Origin: Chloroflexota bacterium
GTDB taxonomy: Bacteria > Chloroflexota > Dormibacteria > CF-121
Direction of reading: 5' to 3'
Assembly: GCA_005882525.1 (NCBI GenBank)
Contig: VBGO01000075.1
Coordinates: forward strand, 1-50,735
DNA: 50,735 nucleotides
The notes beneath the pieces were generated by a model. The model saw only the letters and a program-made list of their open reading frames with translations, had not been told where the DNA came from and made no database searches. Numbering within the stretch: position 1 is the stretch's first letter; each line of letters opens with the position of its first letter. The translations under genes were made by a program, and so were the position numbers. Below are positions 1 through 9,106 of the stretch, one piece after another.

Positions 1-1
1 T

Positions 2-628
2 CCGCTCACCGTCCATCTGCCGAAGGCCGGCGTGTCGCTCGACGAGCCGCAGGCGGTGATGCTCAGCCACTTTCACGCCGACCATACTTTCGGGATCGCC
101 TGGCTGATCCTGGGGCGCGTCCTGATGCACGAGCCATCGCCGCCGCTGCGCGTCTTTGGTCCGACCGGGACCACCGCCTATCTCGAGCAACTCCTCGATC
201 TGGCCTGGGGCGAGGAGATGCGTCGCTTCAGCTGGGAGCGGCTGCAGCTGACCGTTCAGGAGCTGGCCGGCGGCGATGCTTTCGAGGCGGCGGGGAGTCG
301 CGGGCGGGCCTACCGAATGCAGCATGCCCGCCGATTCGATTGCCTCGGCTTCACGATCGAGCGCGACGGCGTCCGCCTCGGTTACAGCGGCGACGCCGAA
401 ATGTCAGATCAGCTGGAAGCTCTGGTCGGCGCGTCCGATCATGTGATCACGGAAATGACCTACGAGGATGAAGGCGGGGAGATGCACCTTGGGCGCAAGG
501 ACGTCGAGGGCCTGATGCAGCGCCACCCGGCGACGCGCTTCATCATCACGCACCGGGGCGGCAACGGCGTGGTCAGCGGGGCCGTGATGGCTCGCGACTT
601 CCTGACGTTGCGTCTTCCTCTACGCTGA
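2..628 (+). CDS. MBL-fold metallo-hydrolase, 5'-truncated by the window edge
   Basis: HxHxDH motif (SHFHADH) near the start of the listed ORF. The frame stays open back to base 2, so the N-terminus lies off-window. Confidence 0.8.
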   Translation, partial: PLTVHLPKAGVSLDEPQAVMLSHFHADHTFGIAWLILGRVLMHEPSPPLRVFGPTGTTAYLEQLLDLAWGEEMRRFSWERLQLTVQELAGGDAFEAAGSRGRAYRMQHARRFDCLGFTIERDGVRLGYSGDAEMSDQLEALVGASDHVITEMTYEDEGGEMHLGRKDVEGLMQRHPATRFIITHRGGNGVVSGAVMARDFLTLRLPLR

Positions 629-3089
629 CCACCTGACCCCGGCGGAGCGCGTCGCGCCATGCCCTCGCCATCAGCCGCACGTACCTCCCGCGAACGGTGG
701 CCCACGCCTCGTGTACGTCAGCGAGCTCATCTTCGTCGAGGCCTCCACGGCGAAAGCTGGCGCGCGTGTAGAGCGTGGCCAATCGTCGGACCTCGGTGTC
801 GAGTCCTGGCACCGAGGCCGCCAACCTGCTGGCAAACTCCTCGGGCGTGTCGCCCCCGTGGCGCGGCACATTCAGTCGATTGCCAAGGAAGAGCAGCCGG
901 CGCCAGATGCGCGGCACGTCACGGACCGCCAGCAACCAGCGGAGCCCGAGCAGCAGCGCCACGACCAGAAGCAGCAGCAAAACGCCGAGCGCGGTCAAGA
1001 CCGGACGCCAGAGATCGACGAATGGGCTTCCCGCGTCCGCGCCTGCGCCAGTATCTCCCGGCTCTCTGAAGCCAGGTGGGACCCGGGCGGACGCTGACGG
1101 GACCGCCGCCGGCGCAGCGTTCAGCTGATCCAGCGTTTGTGGACGGTTGATCGGCGTGCTGATACCGTCGGGCGTGGGCTCGAACGGGATCCAGCCATAG
1201 CCGGGGAAGAAAACCTCGACCCAGCTATGGGCCTCGACGGCGTTGACGAAGAACTGTCGCGTCTTATCGTCGAGCACCCCCTGGCTGAAGCCGCTCATCT
1301 GCCGGCTGGGAATGCCGAGGGTACGCAGCATGACGTTCATGGCGGTCGAGAAATCCTGGCAGAACCCCTTCTTGGTGGTGAAGAGGAAGTTATCGAGCGG
1401 TCGCACCCCGACCGGCGCCTTGGGTGGGGTCAACGTATAGGTGAATCGTCCCTTGCTGATAAACCAGGATTCGATCGCCTTGGCCTGGTCGTACGGCGTG
1501 CTCGCCCCGGCGTCGTGAACGATCGATTGCGCGAGGGCGGCGATCTCGGCGTCGCGCGCGGTGGAGTAGCCCGCGGCCTGCCGCCCATCCTGATAGAGGG
1601 CGATGTACGGTCCAACCCAGACGGGGTAGTCGGTGCCGGCCGCCTGCAGATCCTGGACGTCGACATTGGGGATCGCCTCGGTCACCGTGATGTTGTAGGG
1701 CGCCTGGAGCCGCTTTGCCAGGTGGACTTTGTCCACGGTGTCGAAGCTGGCGGTCTGGCTCGGGTCGCCAGTCACATTCACCAGCGCCGGGATCGTCCCG
1801 GGCGGTGCGGGAACCGAGCTCATAATGCCGCGTACGGTCGTCGACTGGTTGTCGACCGAGAGGATCTCGCCGGCGCTGAAGACCGTGCCGAGCGTCTGGT
1901 CCGTCGGCACGAGCACATGGAAGGTGTTGTGCAACACCTGGATGCGGGCGCCCGACGTCGGCAAGTCGTCGCGTGGAAGCAACGTGTGCGCGGGCAGCAG
2001 CGGTTGCTGACGGACCGCCAGTTCGGGCGTGGACGGCAGCTCATACCACTGGATCCCGTTCCAGCCGGCCAGCGCGATGCCGCGCCAGTACGGATAGTAG
2101 ATTGGGCTGTCGCCGGTCACGAACATCACACTCTTCGGTTTCGCGGTCAGCTGCGAGCCGGGTCGGACCGTTTCGCTGTAGCCGACCGATCCGACGGACC
2201 CGGGCTGCGAGCCCCGGCCGATCCCAAAGGGATGAAAGGCGTCCGCATGCATCGCGCCCGGGATCAGCACGGCGCTGATGTCGGTGCTGCTGAGCGGCGG
2301 AACGATGACGAAGGCAATCGCGAGAATGGCGACCGTCGCCTCGATGCCGACTTCACCGAAGGTCCAGCCGGTGTCCGACGCGTGTGGCACGCGTCGGGCC
2401 CGCCAACCCTCTTTCAGGGCGACGAAGTTGAGGCGAAGGAGGACCGACGCCGCCGCCGCCAACCAGACCACCGTAAAGAAGACCAGGCCCGGACTGGTGT
2501 CGTTGATGATCTCCACCGCCAGGATGGTGCCGGTGGGGAGCAGCGCCACGAGCCCGTTGCGCCGGCGAAAGATCCACCAGCTGCTCCACAGCCCGGTCAC
2601 GATGAACATCAGCAGCAGGCCGATCAGGAGCAGCAGGTTGGTTTGATTGGGGAGCGCAAAAAGCCACTTCTCCAAGGCGGCGACCGAGGTCCCGCTGGCG
2701 GTGAGCGGCGACGGCATGAACCAGAGCAGTGCCCCGAGCGCCACCGCCGGCGAGGCGATCAGATAGGCGAGGCGGGGAAGCCCGGCCACGGCGAAGATCC
2801 AGCCGAGCACGCTGACGAGCGCGAGTGCCGGCACCAGCCGGCCCTCGGTGTCGGGTACCCAGGCGGACCGCTCGACCGCCGCTGCCACCGCCCACCCCAT
2901 CATCAGCGACAGCAGGAGCAAGAGGCCGGTATCGCGAAGATCGAACCTGGCCAGCACCCGCCGGGCACGAAGGACGCGAAGCGTGAGCTGGCCATCCTCA
3001 TAGTGGGCTCGCAGCAGCCCGGCGGCCCAGGCGCCGCCAAGGGCGGCCACGGCCAGGAGCAGGATCGTCCCGACGTTAACCTGCGGCAA
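573..3089 (-). CDS. Membrane transglutaminase-like protein (TgpA-like): multi-TM N-terminus, transglutaminase core, DUF4129-like tail
   Basis: Transglutaminase Cys/His/Asp core (KGFCQDFSTA ... EAHSWVEVFFPGYGWIPFEPT). About 6 hydrophobic helices in the N-terminal third. C-terminal tail has the pattern TPEEFASRL...LYTRASF. The ORF-track start at 3278 overlaps the upstream gene by 200 nt. I place the start at TTG 3089, just before the first TM helix, but the exact start is uncertain. Confidence 0.85.
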   Translation of the reverse strand: MPQVNVGTILLLAVAALGGAWAAGLLRAHYEDGQLTLRVLRARRVLARFDLRDTGLLLLLSLMMGWAVAAAVERSAWVPDTEGRLVPALALVSVLGWIFAVAGLPRLAYLIASPAVALGALLWFMPSPLTASGTSVAALEKWLFALPNQTNLLLLIGLLLMFIVTGLWSSWWIFRRRNGLVALLPTGTILAVEIINDTSPGLVFFTVVWLAAAASVLLRLNFVALKEGWRARRVPHASDTGWTFGEVGIEATVAILAIAFVIVPPLSSTDISAVLIPGAMHADAFHPFGIGRGSQPGSVGSVGYSETVRPGSQLTAKPKSVMFVTGDSPIYYPYWRGIALAGWNGIQWYELPSTPELAVRQQPLLPAHTLLPRDDLPTSGARIQVLHNTFHVLVPTDQTLGTVFSAGEILSVDNQSTTVRGIMSSVPAPPGTIPALVNVTGDPSQTASFDTVDKVHLAKRLQAPYNITVTEAIPNVDVQDLQAAGTDYPVWVGPYIALYQDGRQAAGYSTARDAEIAALAQSIVHDAGASTPYDQAKAIESWFISKGRFTYTLTPPKAPVGVRPLDNFLFTTKKGFCQDFSTAMNVMLRTLGIPSRQMSGFSQGVLDDKTRQFFVNAVEAHSWVEVFFPGYGWIPFEPTPDGISTPINRPQTLDQLNAAPAAVPSASARVPPGFREPGDTGAGADAGSPFVDLWRPVLTALGVLLLLLVVALLLGLRWLLAVRDVPRIWRRLLFLGNRLNVPRHGGDTPEEFASRLAASVPGLDTEVRRLATLYTRASFRRGGLDEDELADVHEAWATVRGRYVRLMARAWRDALRRGQVVSVEEDATSGSREPSRPR

Positions 3090-4275
3090 CTCGCCGCTCC
3101 GCCACGGGTTCGAGATCGGAAGCCCCGCGGATGATCCACCAGTTAACCGCCTGGCGCCAGCGGCCGGCCGGCCCGAGCGACGGCTGACTCCCGCCAAAGC
3201 CGGTCGGATCGAGGTAGACGACCAGGCTCCGCTGGCCGCGCACGCCCAGGTCCAGCAGCGCCTCGAGCCAGTGTTCATCGGCGGAGGGGGTGATCACGAT
3301 CAGCCCGCCGCGATGCCGCCACTGGTTGCGTTGCGAGGTCAGCAGGGTGGCCAGGGACACCGATCCGTCCGCCTGCGCGAGCGTGAAGTGCTCGAACAGC
3401 TTCTTCTGCTGCTGGTCGCCCCGCGCCGCCTCGATCACGCTGAGCCGGCTGTCATTGCTGACGAGGCCGATCGCGCTGCCGCGCCGGAGGGCCGCATCGG
3501 TGATGGAGGCGGCCAGGCTCATCGCGTACTCGAGGGTGGATTCCGGCGCCTGGCCGGCGTGCACGGAGGCCTGAAGGTCGAGCACGATCCAGGCATCGCC
3601 CCCCTCGCGGGTCTCGAAGCTGCGGCTCATCAGCCGAGCCAGCCGGGCGGAGGAAGCCCAGTGGATCCGCTTGACGCTGTCGGTTGGCACGTACTCCCGG
3701 ATGGTGGTGGCGTTCGGCGGGATGTCGAGCACCCGCCCGCGAAGCTGTTCGTCCCCCGCCGTGCTGGGGGCCAGCGCGTCCAGCGGTCCCACTGGGCGGA
3801 CCACCGGGTAGACCACCACCGAGCGGCTCCCGGCAACCCGCAGCGTGCGCCTGAAGAGCCCGAACGGATCGCCGTAGCGCAGTTCGACGGGGCCGAAGGT
3901 GTAGAGGCCTCGCTGCTTGAACTGGCCACGCGACATCCATCGCCGGGTCCGGCGGCCCTTGAGGCTGAAGACGCGCCCCGGGGTGTAGCCGGGAAGGTTG
4001 GAGAAATCCGTGAGCTCCAGCAGTGGGACCGGGATCCACGATCGATTCTCGATCGTGAAGTGCTCTTCGAAGTGATCACCCACCTGGTACTGCCCCTCCG
4101 GGCTGACGCGGCTGACCGAGAGGTTATCAGCGGCGAGCCGGCTCCAGAAATAGCTGCCGACGATCAGCAGGATGAGGGCATAGAGCAGGCTGTAGGCCAG
4201 CCGGACGCCGGTGATGTAGGCAAAGAAGAACAGGAGTGCGAGCGCCGTGACCAGGGGGAGGCGCGGGAGCCGCAT
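3076..4275 (-). CDS. DUF58 domain protein (vWA-like), partner of MoxR ATPases
   Basis: Two N-terminal TM helices, then a DUF58-type signature (REYVPTDSVKRIHWASSARL). It lies directly downstream of a MoxR gene. Start taken at ATG 4275 (MRLPRLP...), 13 nt after the MoxR stop. Confidence 0.85.
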   Translation of the reverse strand: MRLPRLPLVTALALLFFFAYITGVRLAYSLLYALILLIVGSYFWSRLAADNLSVSRVSPEGQYQVGDHFEEHFTIENRSWIPVPLLELTDFSNLPGYTPGRVFSLKGRRTRRWMSRGQFKQRGLYTFGPVELRYGDPFGLFRRTLRVAGSRSVVVYPVVRPVGPLDALAPSTAGDEQLRGRVLDIPPNATTIREYVPTDSVKRIHWASSARLARLMSRSFETREGGDAWIVLDLQASVHAGQAPESTLEYAMSLAASITDAALRRGSAIGLVSNDSRLSVIEAARGDQQQKKLFEHFTLAQADGSVSLATLLTSQRNQWRHRGGLIVITPSADEHWLEALLDLGVRGQRSLVVYLDPTGFGGSQPSLGPAGRWRQAVNWWIIRGASDLEPVAERRVAAG

Positions 4276-4288
4276 GGAATCCTGCCGG

Positions 4289-5275
4289 CTAGCTCGCCAC
4301 CCGGCGTCCGAATCGCGACACAACGTTCGGCGGCGGCACCGGCTCGGTGTCGAGGATCTGGGTCAAGACTTTCGCCGGCGTCAGGCCGCGCAGCTCGGCG
4401 TTGGCCTTGAGGATCAGCCGATGGGCGAGCACCGGTTGCGCCAGCGCCTTGACGTCATCCGGGGTGACGAAGTCGCGTCCCTCGAGGGCCGCCCGTGCCT
4501 GCGCGCCTCGGAACAAGCCGAGCGACCCGCGGGAGCTCGCCCCCAGCCCGATATCGGCATGCGACCGGGTGCGATGGGTGACGCGAGCGATGTATTCCTT
4601 CAGCTGGTCGTCCACGTAGATCTCCTGGACCGCCTTCTGGCCGGCGAGCAGCTCCTCCGCCAAGGCCACCGGCTCCAGCTGCTCCATCGGCGACGACCGC
4701 TGAAAGCGATCGAGCACCTGGACCTCGTGGGCGACGTCGAGGTAGCCGAGGTTGACGCGCATCAGGAAGCGGTCGACCTGCGCTTCGGGCAGCGGGAAGG
4801 TGCCGGCGAATTCGACTGGGTTCTGCGTCGCCAGCACCAGGAAGGGAAGCACCAGCGGGTACGTGGTGCCGTCCACCGTCACCTGCTTCTCCTCCATCGC
4901 CTCCAGCAGCGCGGACTGCGTCTTGGGAGTGGCCCGGTTGATCTCGTCGGCGAGCAGCACCTGCGTGAAGATCGGGCCCTGACGGAACTCGAACTGCTGG
5001 GTCGAGGGGCTATAGATGTTGACCCCCGTGACGTCGGAAGGAAGCAGGTCCGGGGTGAACTGCAGGCGCTCGAAGGAGCATCCGAGCGAGCGAGCCAGCG
5101 ACTTAGCCAGCATGGTCTTGCCCACGCCGGGGACGTCCTCGATCAGGATGTGACCGCGGCTCAGCAGCGCAATCACGCAGAGCTCGATCTCCGTCGCCTT
5201 GCCGACGAGGACGCGGCTGACGTTTTCAACGATCCGCGAACCGAGCGCTTCGACCGATCCGTTCTCCACCTGCAT
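4289..5275 (-). CDS. MoxR-family AAA+ ATPase
   Basis: Walker A GVPGVGKT and Walker B LLADEINR. Overall AAA_3/MoxR pattern at about 328 aa. An AAGAGG sequence abuts the ATG, so GTG at 5269 is an alternative start. Confidence 0.93.
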   Translation of the reverse strand: MQVENGSVEALGSRIVENVSRVLVGKATEIELCVIALLSRGHILIEDVPGVGKTMLAKSLARSLGCSFERLQFTPDLLPSDVTGVNIYSPSTQQFEFRQGPIFTQVLLADEINRATPKTQSALLEAMEEKQVTVDGTTYPLVLPFLVLATQNPVEFAGTFPLPEAQVDRFLMRVNLGYLDVAHEVQVLDRFQRSSPMEQLEPVALAEELLAGQKAVQEIYVDDQLKEYIARVTHRTRSHADIGLGASSRGSLGLFRGAQARAALEGRDFVTPDDVKALAQPVLAHRLILKANAELRGLTPAKVLTQILDTEPVPPPNVVSRFGRRVAS

Positions 5276-5355
5276 CCTCTTACTTCCTTTTCGGTGATCC
5301 GGTTCCGAGGCTGATCGACGTCACTGCTGCTCGAACGCTACCTGCCGTCCGTTCG

Positions 5356-5760
5356 TTACCGTATTGCGCGCCGCCGGGCCATGCCGGCCGCCAGGCCCCC
5401 GATCGTACTGCCGCTCAAGACGAGCACATCGTCGATCACCAATCCGACCGTGTCCAGGCCGGCCGATCCCAGCGGACCCACCGGGCCCATGGCCCCGGCC
5501 AGCTCCTCGACCACGATGAAGCCGACGCCGACCACCACGCCATTCCATGCGCCCGAGCCCGTCTGGCCGATGAACCCGGCCAAGAATCCGCCGACGAGCA
5601 GCGCACCGAAGGTGAGAAGCCCCTGGGACACCAGCTGGCCGCCATGGCCGCCGATGACCAGGGTGCCGCCCACCAGCTGGATCACAACCGCGAGCACCAG
5701 GCCCAGCCCGGCGGCGAACCAATCGACTCTCCGCCCACCGCCCGCCTGAGACCTCGCCAT
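5356..5760 (-). CDS. Small Gly-rich integral membrane protein (about 4 TM, YrzE/TIGR04086-like), function unknown
   Basis: Hydrophobic, glycine-rich helices (GGTLVIGGHGG, LLVGGFLAGFIG). High GC3. Co-directional with its neighbours. Confidence 0.65.
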   Translation of the reverse strand: MARSQAGGGRRVDWFAAGLGLVLAVVIQLVGGTLVIGGHGGQLVSQGLLTFGALLVGGFLAGFIGQTGSGAWNGVVVGVGFIVVEELAGAMGPVGPLGSAGLDTVGLVIDDVLVLSGSTIGGLAAGMARRRAIR

Positions 5761-5781
5761 GGAGCCGCCTAAGTCTATCGG

Positions 5782-6489
5782 TCAGAGTGCGCCGACGGCA
5801 TGGAGGAAACCCGCCAGCAGCGGCGCGACCACCAATGAGGGCAGGAAGTTGGCGACCTTGATCGCCTTCAACTCCAGCAGGCCGAGGGCGATGCCCAGCA
5901 CGATCAGCCCTCCGCTGGCCGTCAGCTCCGCGGTCTCCAGATCCGACAAGCTGGTGTGCGCCAGCACCGCGATCAGCGTCAGACTCCCCTGCACGACGAC
6001 CACGCTGACGGCCGACAGCAACACCCCCCAGCCCAGGGTGGCGGCGAAGACGATCGAGCTAAACCCGTCCAACGTCGACTTGATGGCCAGCACGGTGATG
6101 TCGCCTTTGGTGCCGTCGAGAAAACTTCCGAGGATGGTCAGCGGCCCCACACAAAACAGCAGGCTGGTGGTGACGAACGCCAGGCTGACACGGCCAGGTT
6201 CGCCGCCGCGATGGGTGCGACGCTCGGCCCACCGGCCCAGGGCCTGGACGCCATCGTCGAGCCGCAGGGCTTCACCGATGACGACCCCGATCAGCACACT
6301 GCCCAGCAGGATGAGCGGATTCCGCGTCTTGAACGTGAGCTGGATGCCATAGACGGCGACGAAGAGCCCGACGGCGGCGCGGATCGTCTGCTGCAGGCTG
6401 GCGGGGATCACCCGGCCGAGCGTGAGCCCGAGCGTGGCGCCCACCAGGACCGTACCGGTGTTCAGGGCCGTGCCCAGTCCTGGGATCAT
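5782..6489 (-). CDS. DUF554 family membrane protein (YdfK/YqgA-like)
   Basis: Polytopic membrane protein starting MIPGLGTALNTGTVLVGATLG, typical of DUF554. The ORF-track start at 6597 would overlap darA. ATG 6489 lies 19 nt after the darA stop. Confidence 0.75.
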   Translation of the reverse strand: MIPGLGTALNTGTVLVGATLGLTLGRVIPASLQQTIRAAVGLFVAVYGIQLTFKTRNPLILLGSVLIGVVIGEALRLDDGVQALGRWAERRTHRGGEPGRVSLAFVTTSLLFCVGPLTILGSFLDGTKGDITVLAIKSTLDGFSSIVFAATLGWGVLLSAVSVVVVQGSLTLIAVLAHTSLSDLETAELTASGGLIVLGIALGLLELKAIKVANFLPSLVVAPLLAGFLHAVGAL

Positions 6490-6508
6490 GTTCCTGGGCG
6501 CGAGGGCG

Positions 6509-6838
6509 TTAGAGCTTTTCGAAGCGGTCGACGTTGACGATGAAGACGGTCGCGCCGCCGACCTGGACCTCGACCGGGTAGGGCACAAAGAAGTCACCGG
6601 GTTCGACCAGGGGTGGCATCGGGTTCATGAACTCGCTGCGGGTCCGGCAGTTTTCCTTGATCAAGCCCAGCACCTCTTCGATGCGGTCTTCCTCGATCCC
6701 GGACATCAGCGTCACATTCTTGTGCTGGAGAAATCCACCGGAGCTGACGAAACGCGTTACCGAAATCCCTCGGTCATTGAGGGCGTCCATCGTCGAGGAG
6801 GCATCCTCGCTGTGCACCACGGCGATCAGCAACTTCAT
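6509..6838 (-). CDS. darA: Cyclic-di-AMP receptor DarA (PII-like, YaaQ/PstA family)
   Basis: 109 aa. MKLLIAVV...GGFL...LIKEN...VPYPVEVQVGGATVF closely parallels B. subtilis YaaQ/DarA as I recall it. It lies directly after tmk, as in Bacillus. Confidence 0.85.
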   Translation of the reverse strand: MKLLIAVVHSEDASSTMDALNDRGISVTRFVSSGGFLQHKNVTLMSGIEEDRIEEVLGLIKENCRTRSEFMNPMPPLVEPGDFFVPYPVEVQVGGATVFIVNVDRFEKL

Positions 6839-7509
6839 GCCGAACGCCGCTCCGCCGGCCGGATGCCGGCCCGCTGGAGTGCCGCCAGCGTGTACTCGAG
6901 GACGCGGCCGGCCACCTGGTCGGGATCGCTGGAGGCATCGACGTCGCGCCAGCGCCGCGGTTCGGCCGCCGCCATCGCCCGGTAGCCGGCGTGCACCCGC
7001 TGGTGGAAGGCGATCGTCTCCCGGTCCAACCGATCCTTGGCGCGGCGCGGGATGCGCGCCAGCCCCGCCTCGACGGGCAGATCCAGCAACAAGGTCAGGT
7101 CGGGCGCGAGCCCGCCCGTCGCCTCCGCCTGCAGCCTCCGGAGCGCCGCGAGATCGAGCCCCCGGCCGTAGCCCTGATAGGCCAGCGTCGAATCGCTGAA
7201 GCGGTCACAGAGCACGAGCTCGCCGCGCTGCAGCCGCGGCCGGATCACCTCCTCCACCAGCTGGGCGCGCGCCGCCGTGAAGAGCAGCGCCTCGGTCCAG
7301 GCTGAGAGGTTGGCCGGTTGCCGCTGCCCCAGCAGGATGGGTCGGATCGCCTCCCCCACCGGTGTACCGCCCGGCTCGCGAGTGGTCCACACGGCATGCC
7401 CCTGCTCGGCCAGCGCCGCGGCCAGGCGATGGATCTGGGTCGACTTCCCGCCGCCCTCGGGCCCCTCGAAGCTGATGAAGAATCCGCCTGGCTTGGCCGC
7501 GGTTTCCAC
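6835..7509 (-). CDS. tmk: dTMP (thymidylate) kinase
   Basis: P-loop FISFEGPEGGGKST and a DRF.DS-type motif (CDRFSDSTLAYQG). Its stop overlaps the darA start as ATGA. Confidence 0.93.
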   Translation of the reverse strand: METAAKPGGFFISFEGPEGGGKSTQIHRLAAALAEQGHAVWTTREPGGTPVGEAIRPILLGQRQPANLSAWTEALLFTAARAQLVEEVIRPRLQRGELVLCDRFSDSTLAYQGYGRGLDLAALRRLQAEATGGLAPDLTLLLDLPVEAGLARIPRRAKDRLDRETIAFHQRVHAGYRAMAAAEPRRWRDVDASSDPDQVAGRVLEYTLAALQRAGIRPAERRSA

Positions 7510-7531
7510 GTTGGGCTGAACTATAGCGAGT

Positions 7532-9106
7532 TCAGTCTGCGGTGGTGTAGATGCGCAGACGCCGGTTTGGCTCCTTCCCCGTGCTGCGGGCGGTGAGCTC
7601 GTGGCGTTCCACTAACTGATGCTGGAGCCGGCGGACGTACGCGTTTTGCGGCGACAGCTCGACCATCGAGTTCGTCGATTTTGCCCGGCTGATCGCTTCA
7701 AGGGTTTCCTGCAGCGCCGATTCGGTTGGGTCGGGTGTGTCGAGCTGGTACATGCGGCTGAGCGCGTTTTTGATCTGCGTGATCGTGTTGCTCTTCAGCA
7801 CCTGGATCGGGATGCCCTCAGACTCCGCCTCCTTGAGCGGTGAGTCTTTGCGACGGTAATAGTTCTTGAGGGTGACGATCAAGTCCGCTTCCTCGATATG
7901 GTTCTGGACCCGGATCGGGACCTTGAGCTCATTGATCGCCTGCTCCAGGTAATTGCGGCTGACGCCGTAGGGGAAGACGGAGACCGTCTCATGGAGACTG
8001 CGCGAGCGCGGCGCCTCCAGTGGCTCGCGGGCTGCCGCGGTGCGCATCGGCATCGGCGTCGCTGGGGCAATCCTGGCCACGATCGCACCGTCCGCGCCGC
8101 GGATTCGCATCTGGGGCGGCTTGAGCGTCCCGCGCAACGCGGCATCGACGACCTCCGCCAGCGGCTGGTGAATCGCCAGCTGATCGCGGTCGTGAATCTC
8201 GACCAGCACGTCGAACGTGGGCGGCGACTTGCGTTCGAGCACCGACTTCTGCGTGCCGCGACGGCGCGCCTCTTCGTCGGAGAGGGTCACCGTCTGGATG
8301 CCGCCGAGCAAGTCATTGAGGGTGGGGTTGACGAGCAGATTCTCGAGCGAGTTGCCGTGGGCGGTCGCGACCAGCTGGACGCCACGCTCGGCGATGGTGC
8401 GGGCCGCCACCGCCTCCAGCTCGGTGCCGATCTCGTCGATCACGATCACCTGTGGCATGTGGTTCTCGACGGCCTCGATCATCACCGCGTGCTGCAGGGA
8501 AGGAGTCCGCACCTGCATCCGCCTCGAGCGGCCGATCCCGGGGTGGGGAATGTCTCCGTCACCACCGATCTCGTTCGAGGTATCCACGATGACCACCCGC
8601 TTCTTCATCTCGTCGGCGAGCACCCGGGCACATTCACGAAGCATCGTCGTCTTGCCGATCCCCGGGCGCCCGAGCAACAGGATGCTCTTCCCGCCGATGA
8701 CCATGTCCTTGATGATGTCGATCGTCCCGGTGATGGCCCGGCCGACCCGGCAGGTCACGCCAACGATCTGCCCGCTTCGATTGCGGATCGCGGAGATGCG
8801 GTGGAGGGTGCGCTCGATGCCGGCCCGGTTGTCATCGCCGAACGAGCCGACCCGGCTGGAAACGAACTCGAGGTCTTCCGAGGTGACCGCCGTCTCGTCG
8901 AGGATCACCTCGTGGTCGGGAAAGCGGGCCTCGGGCTCGCGACCCAGGTCGAGGACGACTTCCAGCAGCAAACCCTGGTGTTCGAGGCCCTTCACCGCCC
9001 GGTTGATGTGCGGGGGCAGCGCCTGGAAGAGCAGGTCGAGCTCCGCCGGGTCGGCGTCGGTCAGGCCGTTGAGCGATCGCCGCAGTTCGTGAATGGTTTC
9101 AGCCAT
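7532..9106 (-). CDS. R3H-domain AAA ATPase (Ycf45 / SpoIIIAA-like)
   Basis: Walker A GRPGIGKTT, Walker B VIVIDEIG. The C-terminal nucleic-acid-binding-like tail and a length of about 520 aa match Ycf45-type proteins. Confidence 0.8.
   Translation of the reverse strand: MAETIHELRRSLNGLTDADPAELDLLFQALPPHINRAVKGLEHQGLLLEVVLDLGREPEARFPDHEVILDETAVTSEDLEFVSSRVGSFGDDNRAGIERTLHRISAIRNRSGQIVGVTCRVGRAITGTIDIIKDMVIGGKSILLLGRPGIGKTTMLRECARVLADEMKKRVVIVDTSNEIGGDGDIPHPGIGRSRRMQVRTPSLQHAVMIEAVENHMPQVIVIDEIGTELEAVAARTIAERGVQLVATAHGNSLENLLVNPTLNDLLGGIQTVTLSDEEARRRGTQKSVLERKSPPTFDVLVEIHDRDQLAIHQPLAEVVDAALRGTLKPPQMRIRGADGAIVARIAPATPMPMRTAAAREPLEAPRSRSLHETVSVFPYGVSRNYLEQAINELKVPIRVQNHIEEADLIVTLKNYYRRKDSPLKEAESEGIPIQVLKSNTITQIKNALSRMYQLDTPDPTESALQETLEAISRAKSTNSMVELSPQNAYVRRLQHQLVERHELTARSTGKEPNRRLRIYTTAD

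Noticed and set aside
1137-5314. Long plus-strand ORFs (1137-3134, 665 aa; 3271-4410, 379 aa; 4247-5314, 355 aa) antisense to the transglutaminase, DUF58 and MoxR genes
   Set aside because: They are Arg/Gly/Pro/Asp-rich low-complexity translations with no motifs. This is typical of stop-poor alternative frames in high-GC DNA, and the opposite strand carries clear family signatures.
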